Shown here piece by piece: positions 41,704 through 55,421 of a stretch of DNA of 64,000 nt. The stretch covers positions 19,048,567 to 19,112,566 of the forward strand of contig CM120649.1 in assembly GCA_051362555.1 (NCBI GenBank), given 5' to 3'. The notes under the pieces were generated by a model, which searched no databases, was not told where the DNA came from, and saw only the letters and a program-made list of their open reading frames with translations. A program made the translations under genes and the position numbers. The stretch's first letter is position 1; each line of letters begins with the position of its first letter. This DNA is from Lingula anatina (lineage: Eukaryota > Animalia > Brachiopoda).

Positions 41704-43681
41704 CATTATTATTATTATTATTATTATTTTGCTTATTTGAAATATTCCTGAGCCATTTTATAGGGATTCAAAACCCATCCCGAATGCGTAATCAAATTTT
41801 GGCATTTTAAGTCTCGAAATTTTCATTTTCCCTATCTCCCCTTTTCAACAACTGATCTGAATGATTCACTCATGTAATAGCGAGATCAAATCATCAATAT
41901 TGATAAAAAAAGACTTCTAAATCCTATATCCATGTTGGCCCTCACTGGTTACAGGGCAGAATGCAATCACAACAAAACAACGTCTGACTATGCTCGGTTT
42001 TCTACTACTAAAACAAAGGATCAATTGTGGCACATATGATAATATTGTTACGGTTATCAATAACAAAACGTCATAAATTCGATAGGAAAAAGATCCCCCC
42101 CCTCTCCACCGTTTTCTTAAGAGTTCTAGCGCGAGGGCTATACAGATAAGAAAATCAAAGAAAGGCAAAAGTTGTTCAATGGATCTTGGTTTTATTTCAC
42201 GCAAAAATTCAGAAGACACTTAAAAACTAAAAAGAAGAAAAGAAAATGAAAATAACAATAATACACCCACTGCCCGCAATTTACGTGCTTAAATTTACTT
42301 ACACAAAAACTGATAAATTTCAATTATCACGTATAATCAATAATAAACAATAAACAGTATTTAAAAACTCGCCATTTCTGCCGTTCCTGTAACTATGAAT
42401 TTCAAGTAGAAAATAACGGATCAAAAAGTAAGAGTATACTATGTGTTCCTCCTACGGAGACACTGAGTTGAATGAAATATAAGTACAAACTCATGGGTTA
42501 CCACCCTGAATGAAAAGTTATCACTTATACAAATGAACGTTGCATTAGTTGTGCCGGATCACCTTGGCTCCGCAAACGCAATGAAGGTAAACTAAACCTA
42601 CAAGAGAACTACAATGGATGGTAATGCAATCACGGTAGCAACTGAGCTCAACTACTGCAATGAGAAAATCACAGTATGCAAAATCAGTGAAACATATCGA
42701 ATTTAACTAATATGAGGTTATTAAGTTCAAAGGGCATTTTTTCCACTGAATGCTTTATAAAGTTCTAGCGTTTGACTTGTTTTGACTAAAATTAACGACT
42801 ATGCTTATGATTATATTCAATCTTGAGAGGGTTTTTAAACTATACTCTTCTATTTTCATTATTTTGTATGTAGTTGCAGTACGTAAAAAACATGTTAAGA
42901 CAAAACCCAGCGTCCTTATATATGATGATCTGCCATGGAGCGAATTCAAATCCTTATTCCATATCACACAAGGTACGACAATAGAAAACCCATTTTCAAA
43001 ATTAGAACACCCATTTATTTTTCATTGTTTTTATTTCGAATCACAGTTTTTAGGCAATTTTAACCGGAAAAATAATGACAGAGTACCTATGTGTATGGTC
43101 GAAAACGACAGCGGAGAATAGAATTATTTGAAGAATTGTCGTCGCTGACCTTTGATATAGTACAAGGGAACGAACTTAGAACCCGTTTTAAGAGCAATGT
43201 AAGGCAGTTGGAAAGCATCCAATAACTTTCAGGGTATCAGTACAAAATCCATTCCTTTCTTTTGTCTTAAATGTACAAGACACACCAATTGTTTATGGGT
43301 TTATATATAGGGTTTATAGATAGTACTTGGCTGAAGTGCTGTCAATGTAAAAGCTTAACCGCATGACACACCCCTCCCAGAAGCTAAGGGGTGATTAAGT
43401 AAGTTAACTAAGATATGGAGCTCGCCAATGTCAATGTCTTTCATTTTTCTGTATAACGCTTTGTCTTTTTCCGGGTGGGGTTTGTCACACTGAAGTTCAG
43501 CTTGGCAACTCTACTGATGGTACACCGTTTTGTCGAGCAAAGACACAATTATTAAATTTAAAATTGTGCTCTTGTTTAACTATGAATAAGACCAGGTTTT
43601 GGTATTATCTGGGGCTCTTTGTTGGATGAATAAATTGCTCTAATAGGCTACTTAGACTGGTTCCACCTCGTTGGCCTCTAA

Positions 43682-43907
43682 GGGTGCATTCCCAGAGATT
43701 TAGATCGATCCAGAGATTTAGATTTAGATCGACCTAACTCCCTGGGGGTTCACGCTAAATTGCAGTCAGCCGAGCGCGCACCATAGTCAATTACCCCCTT
43801 ACAGCTTTAAGTAGGCGGGACAGACGCTTAAGCCGTATAGGCTGACAGTAATCTAGTGAGACTCCCCACGGGGATAGATAGATCTAAACATCTGTGGGAA
43901 TGCAGTC
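43682..43907 (-). mobile_element. Harbinger-type MITE, family H2, copy 2
   Basis: TAA|GGGTGCATTCCC...GGGAATGCAGTC|TAA, TAA TSD. Confidence 0.85.
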
Positions 43908-44388
43908 TAATTTTTCTGTTGATGTTCAGGTCTGTAATTAATGTCCAAAGATGTTCAGGTAGGGCATATTTCCTCTGGGCATGGATGCAAAATAGGTGAT
44001 CCCCTCCATACTTGTATTTGATGGTGTCATTAATTCTGCTTTCCCCAAGGCACATTGTCTCTAGTAAGTCAAGAATGAGCAGTGTTGAACAGATATACAG
44101 CATAAATATTCTCATCATCAGAATTGTAGCATATGCCTGACTATCTAGGAACGTTTTGCACCGATCACTGGGTGTTTTGCCCCTGTTTGTTTTTCAATTA
44201 AAAATAATTCTGAAAGGACGCGGAAGTGTTCGTTCTAACTTCATGCATGTTTTTTTAATTCTTTATTATCAGTTATTACACTTACATGAGGAAAAGTCAA
44301 AATTGGATAGTTTCGTGGGTACCTGCTTATATTTCTTTATTCATTTCTGTGCACATGAATAGTTTTTTCCCTGTAATTTACAGATAAA

Positions 44389-44699
44389 ATGGCTGGAATG
44401 TATAAGAGAAAGTCCGACAGAGGCAAATATGTCGAGGAAAACCTGGCACCAGCACTGAAGGCGTTTTTTCGCAGGTGTGCCTTCGGTCCGTTCTAGTCAA
44501 GAGTTCGGTGTACCGGCACGCACCCTGCGCCGCCACGGGACCAGCAAGTGGCTGTACCAGGTACTCTTAATTTTGTAAAGTATCACAGCGCCCTGCCGTA
44601 GTCTAGGCAGGTCTTTATAGTTAACACCCTCTTTGACCAGTCTATACCTTGAGCAGGGAAAACTTGCTTAAGGGGGGCGTCTAGCCCCGGTCTACCCTA
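44389..44699 (+). mobile_element. Fragment of pogo/Fot1-like transposon (psq-type HTH N-terminus plus putative terminus)
   Basis: MAGMYKRKSDRGKYVEENLAPALKA, then a frameshift, then AGVPSVRSSQEFGVPARTLRRH, which fits a psq HTH pattern. Ends in GCCCCGGTCTACCCTA, resembling a pogo-type TIR plus TA. Confidence 0.65.
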
Positions 44700-45119
44700 A
44701 TATTAGCTTTCTTGCATCACCCGACATCTTTAAAAAGGACCACTTATCGGAGACATATATGGGCAAAACTACGCCCCCTTGGTGCCCACATGGCGACGAA
44801 AGCTGATGAGCATTTCTAAAAGACAAGTTAATTCTGGGCAGTACCGTTGAGTATTTCATGGTGTTCATCAAGGCAAAAACACAAGAGGTTTTGTAGCAAG
44901 TAGAAATCACTAAACGACAGAACTTTACCAACTGAATGGTTTTAGCCACAAACGTCGTGGTTCATCCTAAAAAAGGAATTTAGGTCCCCTACAGAGAAAG
45001 AAACAAAGGATTTAGAAACTCGGTATAGCGTCGCAAAAAAACAAGACTGGACAAAGAGAAAAACTTGCAAGATCTGTCTTCCTGACATAAATGTAAAGTC
45101 GTAGTAAGTGTCTGGAAGC

Positions 45120-45171
45120 ATGGGTAACTCTAACAAAGTAGGAGTTTTGTTATTGGTCTTCACAACATCAG
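45120..45171 (+). CDS. Receptor exon 1: signal peptide [17 protein letters not shown](V)
   Basis: Strong Kozak context gaagcATGG, hydrophobic core, CAG|GTATGA phase-1 donor. Joined to 50034 it reads ...FTTSVCS|KNVTEDF, which fits the -3/-1 cleavage rule. Homologous to the exon at 60837. Confidence 0.7.
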
Positions 45172-47883
45172 GTATGATGGTGTTTTTATTTGTATTATAT
45201 TTTGTACAATAATCAAGTGACATAAATCTAATGCGTTTGGTATTTTTCCGTTAATCTTAACTGATGTTTTCACAAACTCCTTCTCAAAACAGGTTCATTT
45301 GAAGAAAGCAGAAAAGTGAAAAAATTAAGTTAAAGATAGATTCGCTATTTCACCTTTTCAAAATCTCCGGTGAAAGAAAGCGATAAATCTATCTTTTGTG
45401 TAAATCTTGGAAATCTGAAATTCATGCCTTGCTAGTTTGCGGAAATTTTCGTATTTAGTGACGAAGGTTTCAGCTGGTTTAGTGACGAAAGTTTTGAAAA
45501 GAATCTTTTATTGGATAATATTTGCATTTATTAATACTTACAAAAATTCGACTGTACTTAAGGGATACTACGAGATTCACGTTTATTTTACTGACATATT
45601 TTGTCCTCAGCTTCAAGCACAGCATTGGTCAAAAAGGTTCTCTCACCTCCAAAATTGTATTTTCATGTACAAATATACGACGTATGTACGATGTATTTTC
45701 ATGTACAAATGATCACCTCACATGTGTAAAACAATTCTTCCTTTCCCTTACTTTAAATAAAAAAAGTTAAATGCACCTATATATTGAGAATGAGTGACTG
45801 TGCCACCCAATGCGTTTTTTTATCAGTTATTGTACTGTTTCTTCGTTCCCCAAACCTGGGGTGGTGTCAAAAACTTTAAAAAGTTAGCACTATGTAAACA
45901 TCAGGGATGGGCCAACTAAAAGTTTGATTTTGGTGGCGGTACATTATTCAATCAATCAATAAATACTGAGAATAAAGCTGTCTCGGCGCATGTCTGCGGC
46001 CTTTGAGTATTTTGCTAGTTTTACGGCGATTAAGGGTGCCTTCAGAACAAGCTGATCCGCTGACTAACAGATACGCGGATGAAATATGGCCGAACCACTT
46101 ACAGTGTAAAAGCAATGTCGCCTAATCCCCTAATGGGCTCCCTGCAGGGAAACAACAATTGAATCTAGGCTCCATTTCGATCAGGCCGCAATTCAAATTC
46201 TTATCCTAATGTTTGCCTTGTTCCCTACGCAAGGGACAACACGTTTGGGAGGCAGGGAATCTATGAGGGGGATAAGGCGGCACTGTTTTAAGTGTGTCGG
46301 TCATTTATAATCCTCATATCAGTTAATCCACGGATCAAATTGTTTTGAATGTACCCTTAGTGAAAGAAACGTCGCCTCCAGCGGTGAGTATGCATCATTC
46401 TGTATATCACAATGAAACTATCCTCCAGCCTTAGTGAAGGCTATTAAACATGACCTAACGAGAGCAAAAGTGGAGGGGTAATGCGGACACTTCCTTTGTC
46501 AGAGCGAATACTTGGGTTGTTATATTGTAGCTCACCCTAAAGTGTAACTGAGGGGTGACATGTGAATAAATGTAGGGGTGTAAAAATACAGCGGTCTTTT
46601 AGCATATATTGAGTGACTAAAACACCTTACTGATTTCACATTTCAAGTTTTTAAACGTTTTGAAGATATTGCAGAGTAATCATACCTCATTTTGTGAAAT
46701 TACCTATTATACAAGGGGACGGTACAATACAGCTTTTTTTCATCAAAAATCAAGAGGCCGGGGACAGTAATGGTACACTCTGTCCGGAGATTCCGGGATG
46801 CGCGTGCATCCTGATGAAGCGATGGCCATTGACTTTTGAGCTATTCGTATGTGATTAAACGATAGGTATATAAAAAGAAGCGAGGATATCTAGGGATTCG
46901 GAATTTTAAGGTAAGTTGTCATGAAAAAAATAGATTTAGAACGGTAAAATGGAAGATTTTTCCACGCGGGTGATTGTAAATGGCGCCCCGTTTCAGATGT
47001 CCGAATTTTTTTATTTAAAGATTTCTGTAAGAAGGTGAAATCTCACAATTTTTTAAAAACTAAATCATGAAATGCGAGTGCTTGGCGTCGATTTCACCTC
47101 CCGCAAAAATAAATGGACAAAGGTGAATTTACAAAACATACATACTACCAGAAATCCATTTTAATTGGCTTTCATGATTTAGTGTTGACTAGAACACCTC
47201 TTCCCTTATTGTCAGCTGATATGAAATTCAGGAATATGTTAAAATAAATATAATATAATGATAAAAAAGAAAGTAAAGCATCAGAACAGAATAGAACACT
47301 AAAATCCAACATGTAGAAACATTTATACAAAGCAGATAAAAACTGAAATTCATCAAAAAAATCTATGGATTAAAGAAAACACTTTCACCTCATTAGGATG
47401 TCAGTCTCACAGTTGATTATCAAAGTCATTCCTTACCATACTGTAAAGTATTAATAATTCCTTGGACCTACTAATAATAGGCCAGTTATAAAAAAATGAA
47501 TATTGACTTTTTTTTTAGAAACACTCAATTACCTTCTACTTGCATTGTCTAACTAGTATCAATTCATGACATCAAGTCCATTCTCATGCTATAGCTTAGG
47601 CAGAGATAGGTATGCTGTCAACATTTCTCTGAAACTGAAATAGCACAATGCCTTGGTCATAAAGTGTGCATTGGTCATAAAGTGTGCCTTGACAAAGTAA
47701 TTTTTAAAAACCTGTTTAATTTGAAGACTTTTATTTTACTACCAGCAATTTCAGATAAATTGAGAAAAAATTGTTTAAAAAAATCACAATATTTAAAACT
47801 ATAATGTAAAACAATTTTGGAACCTGCCCAAGTAAGTACACCTGTAATGCTGATTGCACAATGTGCTCGTTAACAGGTGAGTG

Positions 47884-47923
<40 letters not shown>

Positions 47924-50359
47924 TGTGTGTGTAGAGACGCACACACACACCTCATAATTTGGAAATCCATTCATGCATTCAGTTTAAAAGGATAAATGTA
48001 TGGGGCGATCTTAAGCATATTCATTTTGTGGCAACTAGAATTCTGGCTTTTTTTAAATTAACTTGAAGGCAAATTATAAACCCTATGGATTTCAATATTG
48101 GCATCATGATTTTTTTGTCATAAAAAGATACATGGCATTTTTTTTCTTATTCAACTTTAACTTGCAATTTACAAAGGGACAGATGAAAATATTTGATGAG
48201 GGGCTCTTTGATCAGTGGATAAACTCTGGTTTAACACCACAAACAGGATTTCATACGTTACACGGCTGCCTGAACCCTAGTATCGAAAAAATAATAAGAA
48301 AACAAAGGTCTAGATTCCAACCCCATGAAGAAAAGAGAAACGATTTTTCTGCAATCATTTTATTTTAGGGTACAAAATTCCAAGGTCAGCTTGGGAAAAA
48401 ACGCTTGTGCTATTTTTAGACAGCTGATACAAGTTTTACGTTGGAATTGAAATGTTCATTTTATGTATTGGTTAAGATCAAGACTTAAATTTTATTCTTT
48501 GCAAGTTTCAGGCGGGGTAATGGGTTATTTGCAGACTTTCATTGATTTACATAACAGCTATGGATTTTGCAAAATATGGCGCAAAACACACGTTAAGGAC
48601 AATTTTGTGCAAGCGCTTATTATTTATTTATTTATTTATTATTATTATTATTTTTTTTTTTTTTGTAATAATCACCGCTTTAGCATTGATATGTCAGATC
48701 TCCGGACAGACTGATACGTATTTTTCAGAGTCGACAAAAGAGGTTTTCTAAACTCGCCATTACTACACACATTATTTCATATTATGACTTAGACAGTTCA
48801 GAAGCTTTTGAATTGAAATTTTGCGAAGATTTTTGATACATATGTATTGTCCGACCCCGAAAATTGAAAGAGTCCAAGTGAAACCATTTTAATATTATCA
48901 ATCAGTCAAAAACTTTTTGACAGGTGCCAAAACTACCAGACACAGGGGATTTTTTGACTTAAGATCCTTTTCGCTGTGCCAAAATTATAGAAAGGTAGGG
49001 TCATGAAATGTTCAGCATTTATTTAAAACATCCTTTTTGTATTTTTTAAAATTCGTCTTTAATATTTTCGAAATTATTTTAGTTATTTTAATTTGAAATC
49101 AGTAAGTTTTTTTTTTCTGAGCCACCCGATATATGTTAATAGACCGCTTTATTTTCTTATATTCCTACTATTTCTTACATCTAACCCCTCAGTTACACTC
49201 TAGGGTGAGTTACAATTTAACAACCCAAAAAATTGTCCGCCTTACCTCTCCATCTGTACTGGCTAGGTCATTTATAAATAGACTCTGTCAAAGCTAGAGG
49301 GTGTCTTTTATTGCGTATAATATAATGATGCATACTCATCGCTGGCAGCGATGTTTGTATCACTTATATCACTGTAAAGATAGCAAGATGGTCATTGACC
49401 GCAGAAATTTGCCGAGGCAGCTCATTTCTCAATATGAATTAATTGATTAAATTGATTAAATTAAATTAATTAATTAAATTCACTGATTTAATTGATAAAC
49501 GAAGCCCTACCACCACCAAAATCTAATCGATTTTAATTTAGCCCATTCCTCATTCAAATCCATCAATTAGTTTTTGAGTTAGACTGCTAGCTAACGACCC
49601 AACAAGGTCAAAGTCATAACCTCCTTGCCCTATATTTGTTGTAACAACGAGCCTATGGATGGTAAAATCTTCCTCGGTTACAGTCAAAAAAGCCAACGAA
49701 ACCTTCTTTATCAATGAGTGAATTATGCCGTAAAAATTCCATTTTATAGATCTCTGGAGAATCTTTACTTGATGATTCATATTAAAAGACAACTCTTCAG
49801 TGAAAGTTTAGAGAGAGCGTTTTCATACTTTGCTAATGATCGAGAAAAAAGTTAAAGAGAACAGAATGTCGCACAGCAAACCTTAGAGTGACAATTTTTC
49901 TCCAAAAAGATGAAAACGCCAAACCTTTATCCACCATGTGCATTATTCAACATTGTGCATAATCATGTATCCCTCATGTTCACTTGGAATGCTGAATTTG
50001 ATAACATTATGTTGAATTATCTTTTCATGTTAGTATGCAGCAAAAATGTGACAGAAGACTTCCTAATTTTTGCGGACCTACAAAACGGAGTAATATGGCA
50101 AAGGGATTTGAACACACGAAGAGTGCATGCCATCTACACCCAGTGTAATAATCCTGCATCAGCAAGTTACGACCCCATAGAGCAACGTGTTTACTGGACT
50201 GAAGTTTTCACCTTTGCTAAAATAAGAAGAGTAAATATTGATGGAACAGAACCGGAGACCGTCTTTAATTTCACTATTGGTAAGTCGGATGTAGTTGCAT
50301 TGGCAGATTTTAAATTACAGGCATATTGACACGTCGCACGCATTCACACACACACACAT

Positions 50360-50411
<52 letters not shown>

Positions 50412-53400
50412 TCATTTAAAAGCAAAATTCTCCTTCCAGGGAGCGAGCCGGAGATTATTACAGTTGACCATATCTCTCGCCTCCTCTACTACACTGATCT
50501 CGCTACATACAGCAGCGTTGGTGTTATGCGAATGGACGGCTCACAACACAAGATTTTGTTTAGAGCTGATAAACCGAGAGGAATAACACTGGATCCATTT
50601 AATGGGTATTTATAATATTTTCCTTTTCATGTACTTGCTGATAACATTCTTTTCTTTTAAGACATAACATTATGAAAATTGAAATTAATGTTTTCTTTTT
50701 ATCTAAAACTTACCTTGTACGTAGTTAAACATGTATTGCTAAACACCTTTGTGAATTTTGCGAATCATATACTACTTTGTTTTACCACTTTCCTAATCAT
50801 AAGTAAAAGTGGCGATTCTTTGTCGAAATGTGCAATTCATAAATTTCCACAATCGCTGCATTTGACTTATATAGTACACACTTAAATGATGACTGCCAAA
50901 ATGTCAATACTCTTAAGTTAAGGATTTTTGTCTTGTTTTTATAACCATCACATTCCTTATCCTTATCACATAGTTATTTTATCTGATTGTACCACAATGC
51001 CATTGTATTTATCCAACTTCCATACTTTGTTACAGCTGGATGTATTGGACGGATTGGGGTGGGGAACCAAAGATACAACGTGCCCACATGGACGGGGAAA
51101 ACAGGCAAACTGTGGCGAACACGGATCTCATATACGTGAACGGAATAGATATTGACATCCATGGTGAGATCCGAATGATATCTGAAATAATTGCATTTAA
51201 TTTGGAATATCACGACAATAATTGTCCTAACTAAGCAAGAAATACGGGAACTAAGATTCCAGTGTTTAATAAGAATGCTTTAAGACTTTATTTTTCATGT
51301 TTGCTTTTAATGCTATAATAATAACTTTATAGAATTAATCAACCATAAGGCATAAGTATACATGAATAAGAGCGCATGGAAATTACAAAAAAAAAAGCAT
51401 ACATTTATACATAAAGAAAAAATACAGGCCCTTAACTAGTCAAAGGGCCACTTCACAGGGTTTTCCTCCAAAATAATTTATATGTTTTCTTCTCACGTTT
51501 GAAGATCCCCCACAGTCATATTTATGTCGCGTCAAGCTTCTTTTTCCCAATTCAAGTTCCAATGACAATAAAAAAACTTTAGACAAAAGTTTATCTGAGG
51601 CGTTAATTTGTCGTTAGTATCATCTCAGCCTCCTCAACCAGTCATTTAAAACTACAGTATTAAATTAAAAATGAAAAAAAATCAGCGAATCTTAGCAATA
51701 ATTCTTAAGTAAGAAAAATTGCTGTGCGTTTACAGTCTCACTGAACAATTAAACCTCTGTGCGACCTGCAACTATCGCCAGCTGCTACAACTCGCAGGGC
51801 GGTTTCTAAAAGAACGCCTGGTAAATATTTAGTCACGCCAGTTTTCGATGCAACATCAAAAAACTACAGGCGACCTAAATACCAATTTGCGGTATCCAAC
51901 CGGTTGCTAATAGGTCGCCGATGGAATTACCACTGGTATGCAATTGCTTGTGTGGTTTTCCTTTTGTGTCTCTAGCCCCAGGATTTTACTGCTTAAAGTA
52001 CAACGTAAATTAACCATGACAGGTCGTGCTCATCGTGTACTTTTACATTCTCATCCTTATGGTAAGAATACCAAGCACTGGAAGGATGTTGAATTGTACA
52101 TACTAAAACTGTTTTTATTAATGATTCTTGGACGTTTTTTGAGATCTCGTAATCGTAAATTACGTGGCGTATGCAAAACGTGTTAATAAGTGTAAATCTT
52201 GCCAACAAACGCAATTTATGTTTTCTTTTTCCAAGATTTTATGATTTATGATCATTATGTTTTGAAGGCATGCATGACGAAAAATAAAGAAATAGTCTAC
52301 GCCCAACTAGGCCACCATCCTACGCCTATTTTATTGCAGTCGCTTGTAACATTTGAGCGATGTTTTCGAATGCTTTCCACCGGTTGGAAATTCCCTTAAC
52401 ATTGGACGGCGTCCTTTCTGCGTCTTTTGTGAGACCATGAAACTGGCATCGCTGTGGTCGTAAAGGAGACACAAGCATCGCTTTAGTTGCAGAAAGAATG
52501 TAAAATATTATTATTATTTACTCCCAGTGGGACGCAGAAAGAAAGCTGTCCAAAGCAAGGGGGGCTTAAGTCACCAAGCGACTTAAGACTGTCAATCGAC
52601 CGTGCAGTTTGAAGTGGAATGCGACTGGCTTTAGTCTGGTTAGAGCGAGCTACTGGCAACCAAGTATAGGCAACCTTTAAAATTGGGACACCGACATTTT
52701 TAATTTTCAGTCGCAATGGTTATTGGTGCACAAAAAATGGCCTTAATGTGTCAACGAGCGCTGTATGTCGACCTGTTTGCAACCTTATGCGAACACTTAA
52801 ATATCTGTGGCAACCGCCTAGCCTTTGAGGTTGCTAAAAGATTCCAAAAAGCTGGTAGGCCAAGTGTGACCCAGGCTTAAATCATTAGGTGTGATATGGT
52901 GTGATGTAGAAAACGAATGTTATCATTATATAAATTCTTGGCGGAAATATACGGATAATTGTACTTTGATCTCTCATGAACACAGACATAAAATGAATGT
53001 CGTATACACTCTTTCCTTTAAAGGTACATACGAACCGAGCATCGGTGGACCGTGGATTCCCAGTAACACATGTAAACCACTTCTACTAGATTCTTATATG
53101 ACTCAAATAAATTTGACATGCCAAGGGATAAACTGAATAGATCACTCGACCAGCCTTAAAATACCTTTAGACTGCTGCTTTTTTTAAATTTATGGTTGTA
53201 AATTTAACCTACTTCCGTGACCTACTTTCCTGCCCCATTGACATACAGCTTAGAATGCCAGCAGAAAAATCTGTTCAAACATCATTTTCGGGTAAAATTA
53301 AACAATGCATTTTGGTAATTCTCTTAGTTATCCTACTTGAAACTATATGCTGGCATTTGGTTGGTTTTTGTGACAAAAAATTGACTTTGTATGTATCTTT

Positions 53401-54266
53401 AAATAAAATGGCATCCTCATTCACAATAATTATCTTTGTTTACAGAACAGAAACTTTATTGGTGCGATGGATTTTATGCAAGTATTGAAACTTCCGACAC
53501 AGATGGAAGTAACAGACGATCATTGATCAAAGCTGGAGATACTGTTGGAGGCCAATACTATGATATAGCAGTGGACGGACAGCAGATCTATTTCACTGAT
53601 TTCAGCTTTGATGGTACATGGTACGTCACTTCCGGTTTAGATATTTGTAACAATTTTTGTAGAGTTAGATTTTATTACTATAATTTTGCAGTTGAATGTC
53701 AACAGTGTGTGGTTGTGAATTGAACTTCGACTGTGTCACATACATGTGCATGTAAAAGTCCACATCCTATAACAAGTGACAATTCATACCTTGAACGTTG
53801 CTGATATTCATCGGGTGGAAAGTGAATCCGGTTTTCACATTCCACCACCATCAGCCCGATCCTCCCTGTATCAAAGATTATCGACACACTCCATGGACCA
53901 AGCCACGTCCAATTCTTTCTTTCAACTGCCATCTACGTGTTTTATTCTTCTACGACTCTCTCATAATTTCGTCTGTGTATAGGCCTACGCAAAATAGACA
54001 AGGAGAAAGAATGCATCCTTGCCTGAAACCTTTATCTAGACAAAAGTTGTCAAAATTAAAATGACGCACGTTTGTATGTTTTGCAGGTCATACCACAAGT
54101 ACGACGGTGGTAACGTTACTGTTGAAAGCGTTGATTTTATTCGATCGGCCAAGTTACGAGGCGTTCGCGTGTACAGAAGCTCATACAATTTATCAGGTAA
54201 GGATTATTTAACAGGAAGTTTGAAGTCAGTTTTGGGAGTTAAACCTTATTCAACTGGGACTTATTT

Positions 54267-54306
<40 letters not shown>

Positions 54307-55334
54307 TTTTTATTAAGGTTTTTTTAACAAAGGCTTGGCCTGCATGCACCCCAACAAGTTTTTGGAAAGATGCTTATAGGTATCGCAGCGCCCCCTTTTT
54401 ACTTCACATCATTTCATGTCTGCGTATATTGTCAAGTGATTAAAACACTTTAAACTCTTGCACAAGATAATTTTTAAAGTTTAGTTCCGCTTTGCTATGG
54501 CAACTTTGCACTGTAGGATCGAACGGCTGCAGTGTAAACAATGGTGGTTGTCCCTACCTGTGTCTGCCAAAACCCAACGGCAGAACGTGCGCATGCCCAG
54601 ATGAGGAATCCGAATGCGTTTCGATGGCAACTGATACACCGTCCACTACTGTCCAAGAAGTCAGAGCTAAAAATGACACAGGTAGCGTGGCTTTGAAAAG
54701 ATAAAATAAAATTTAGCATGGAAAATTGGATGACTGTTGGATGGCAACATTGAAATATCTCCTTAAAGAAATTTTAAAAGGGAGACTATCTGATTTGATT
54801 GCTAGCAGCTCTACCTGTTTTGATTTTAAATTTTGCAAGGCCTAGAAATCATGATCATACATGGTTTAGTCATTTGTCGTTTAGTCATTTACCGTTTAGT
54901 CGTTTACCGTTTAGTCATTTGTCAATTTTTTTTACTTCTTTTGTTATTTTTGTGATTTAAGTAAAAAAAGCCAATGACTCGACAAGCACCCCATTGGAAA
55001 TTATTGTCCCAGTTTCCGCATCGCTGGCTGCTATCATATTGGTAGTGGTCATCATACTAGTATTTTTGAGAAAACGAAGGTAAATATATCTCTCTCTCCT
55101 TCTATCTCTCACTTACACAAACTCTCTCTCTCATGAAGTTCCGTGTTTTGTCATGCTTTTCATTCATTTTACTGTATTTATTTACAGATCTATTCATGAA
55201 GTTTTATTGCCTTAGTTTTCTAATAGGGTATTGTTTGGTTTATCCAGTTTCCTTTTTACGACTCTTTTCTACTTATTATTATTTGTAACCCCTTGAGATG
55301 TTACATGTTACAAAAGTGGCACCGAGTACATTCT

Positions 55335-55421
<87 letters not shown>

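Noticed and set aside
47810-47876. Cys-rich [18 protein letters not shown] stretch with a strong phase-1 donor, considered as an upstream EGF or first exon
   Set aside because: In-frame stop at 47807, no good acceptor and no signal peptide. Exon 45120-45171 fits better and has a paralogous counterpart.
54864-54923. Short repeat arrays considered as CRISPR-like
   Set aside because: No spacers and a eukaryotic context; simple minisatellite.
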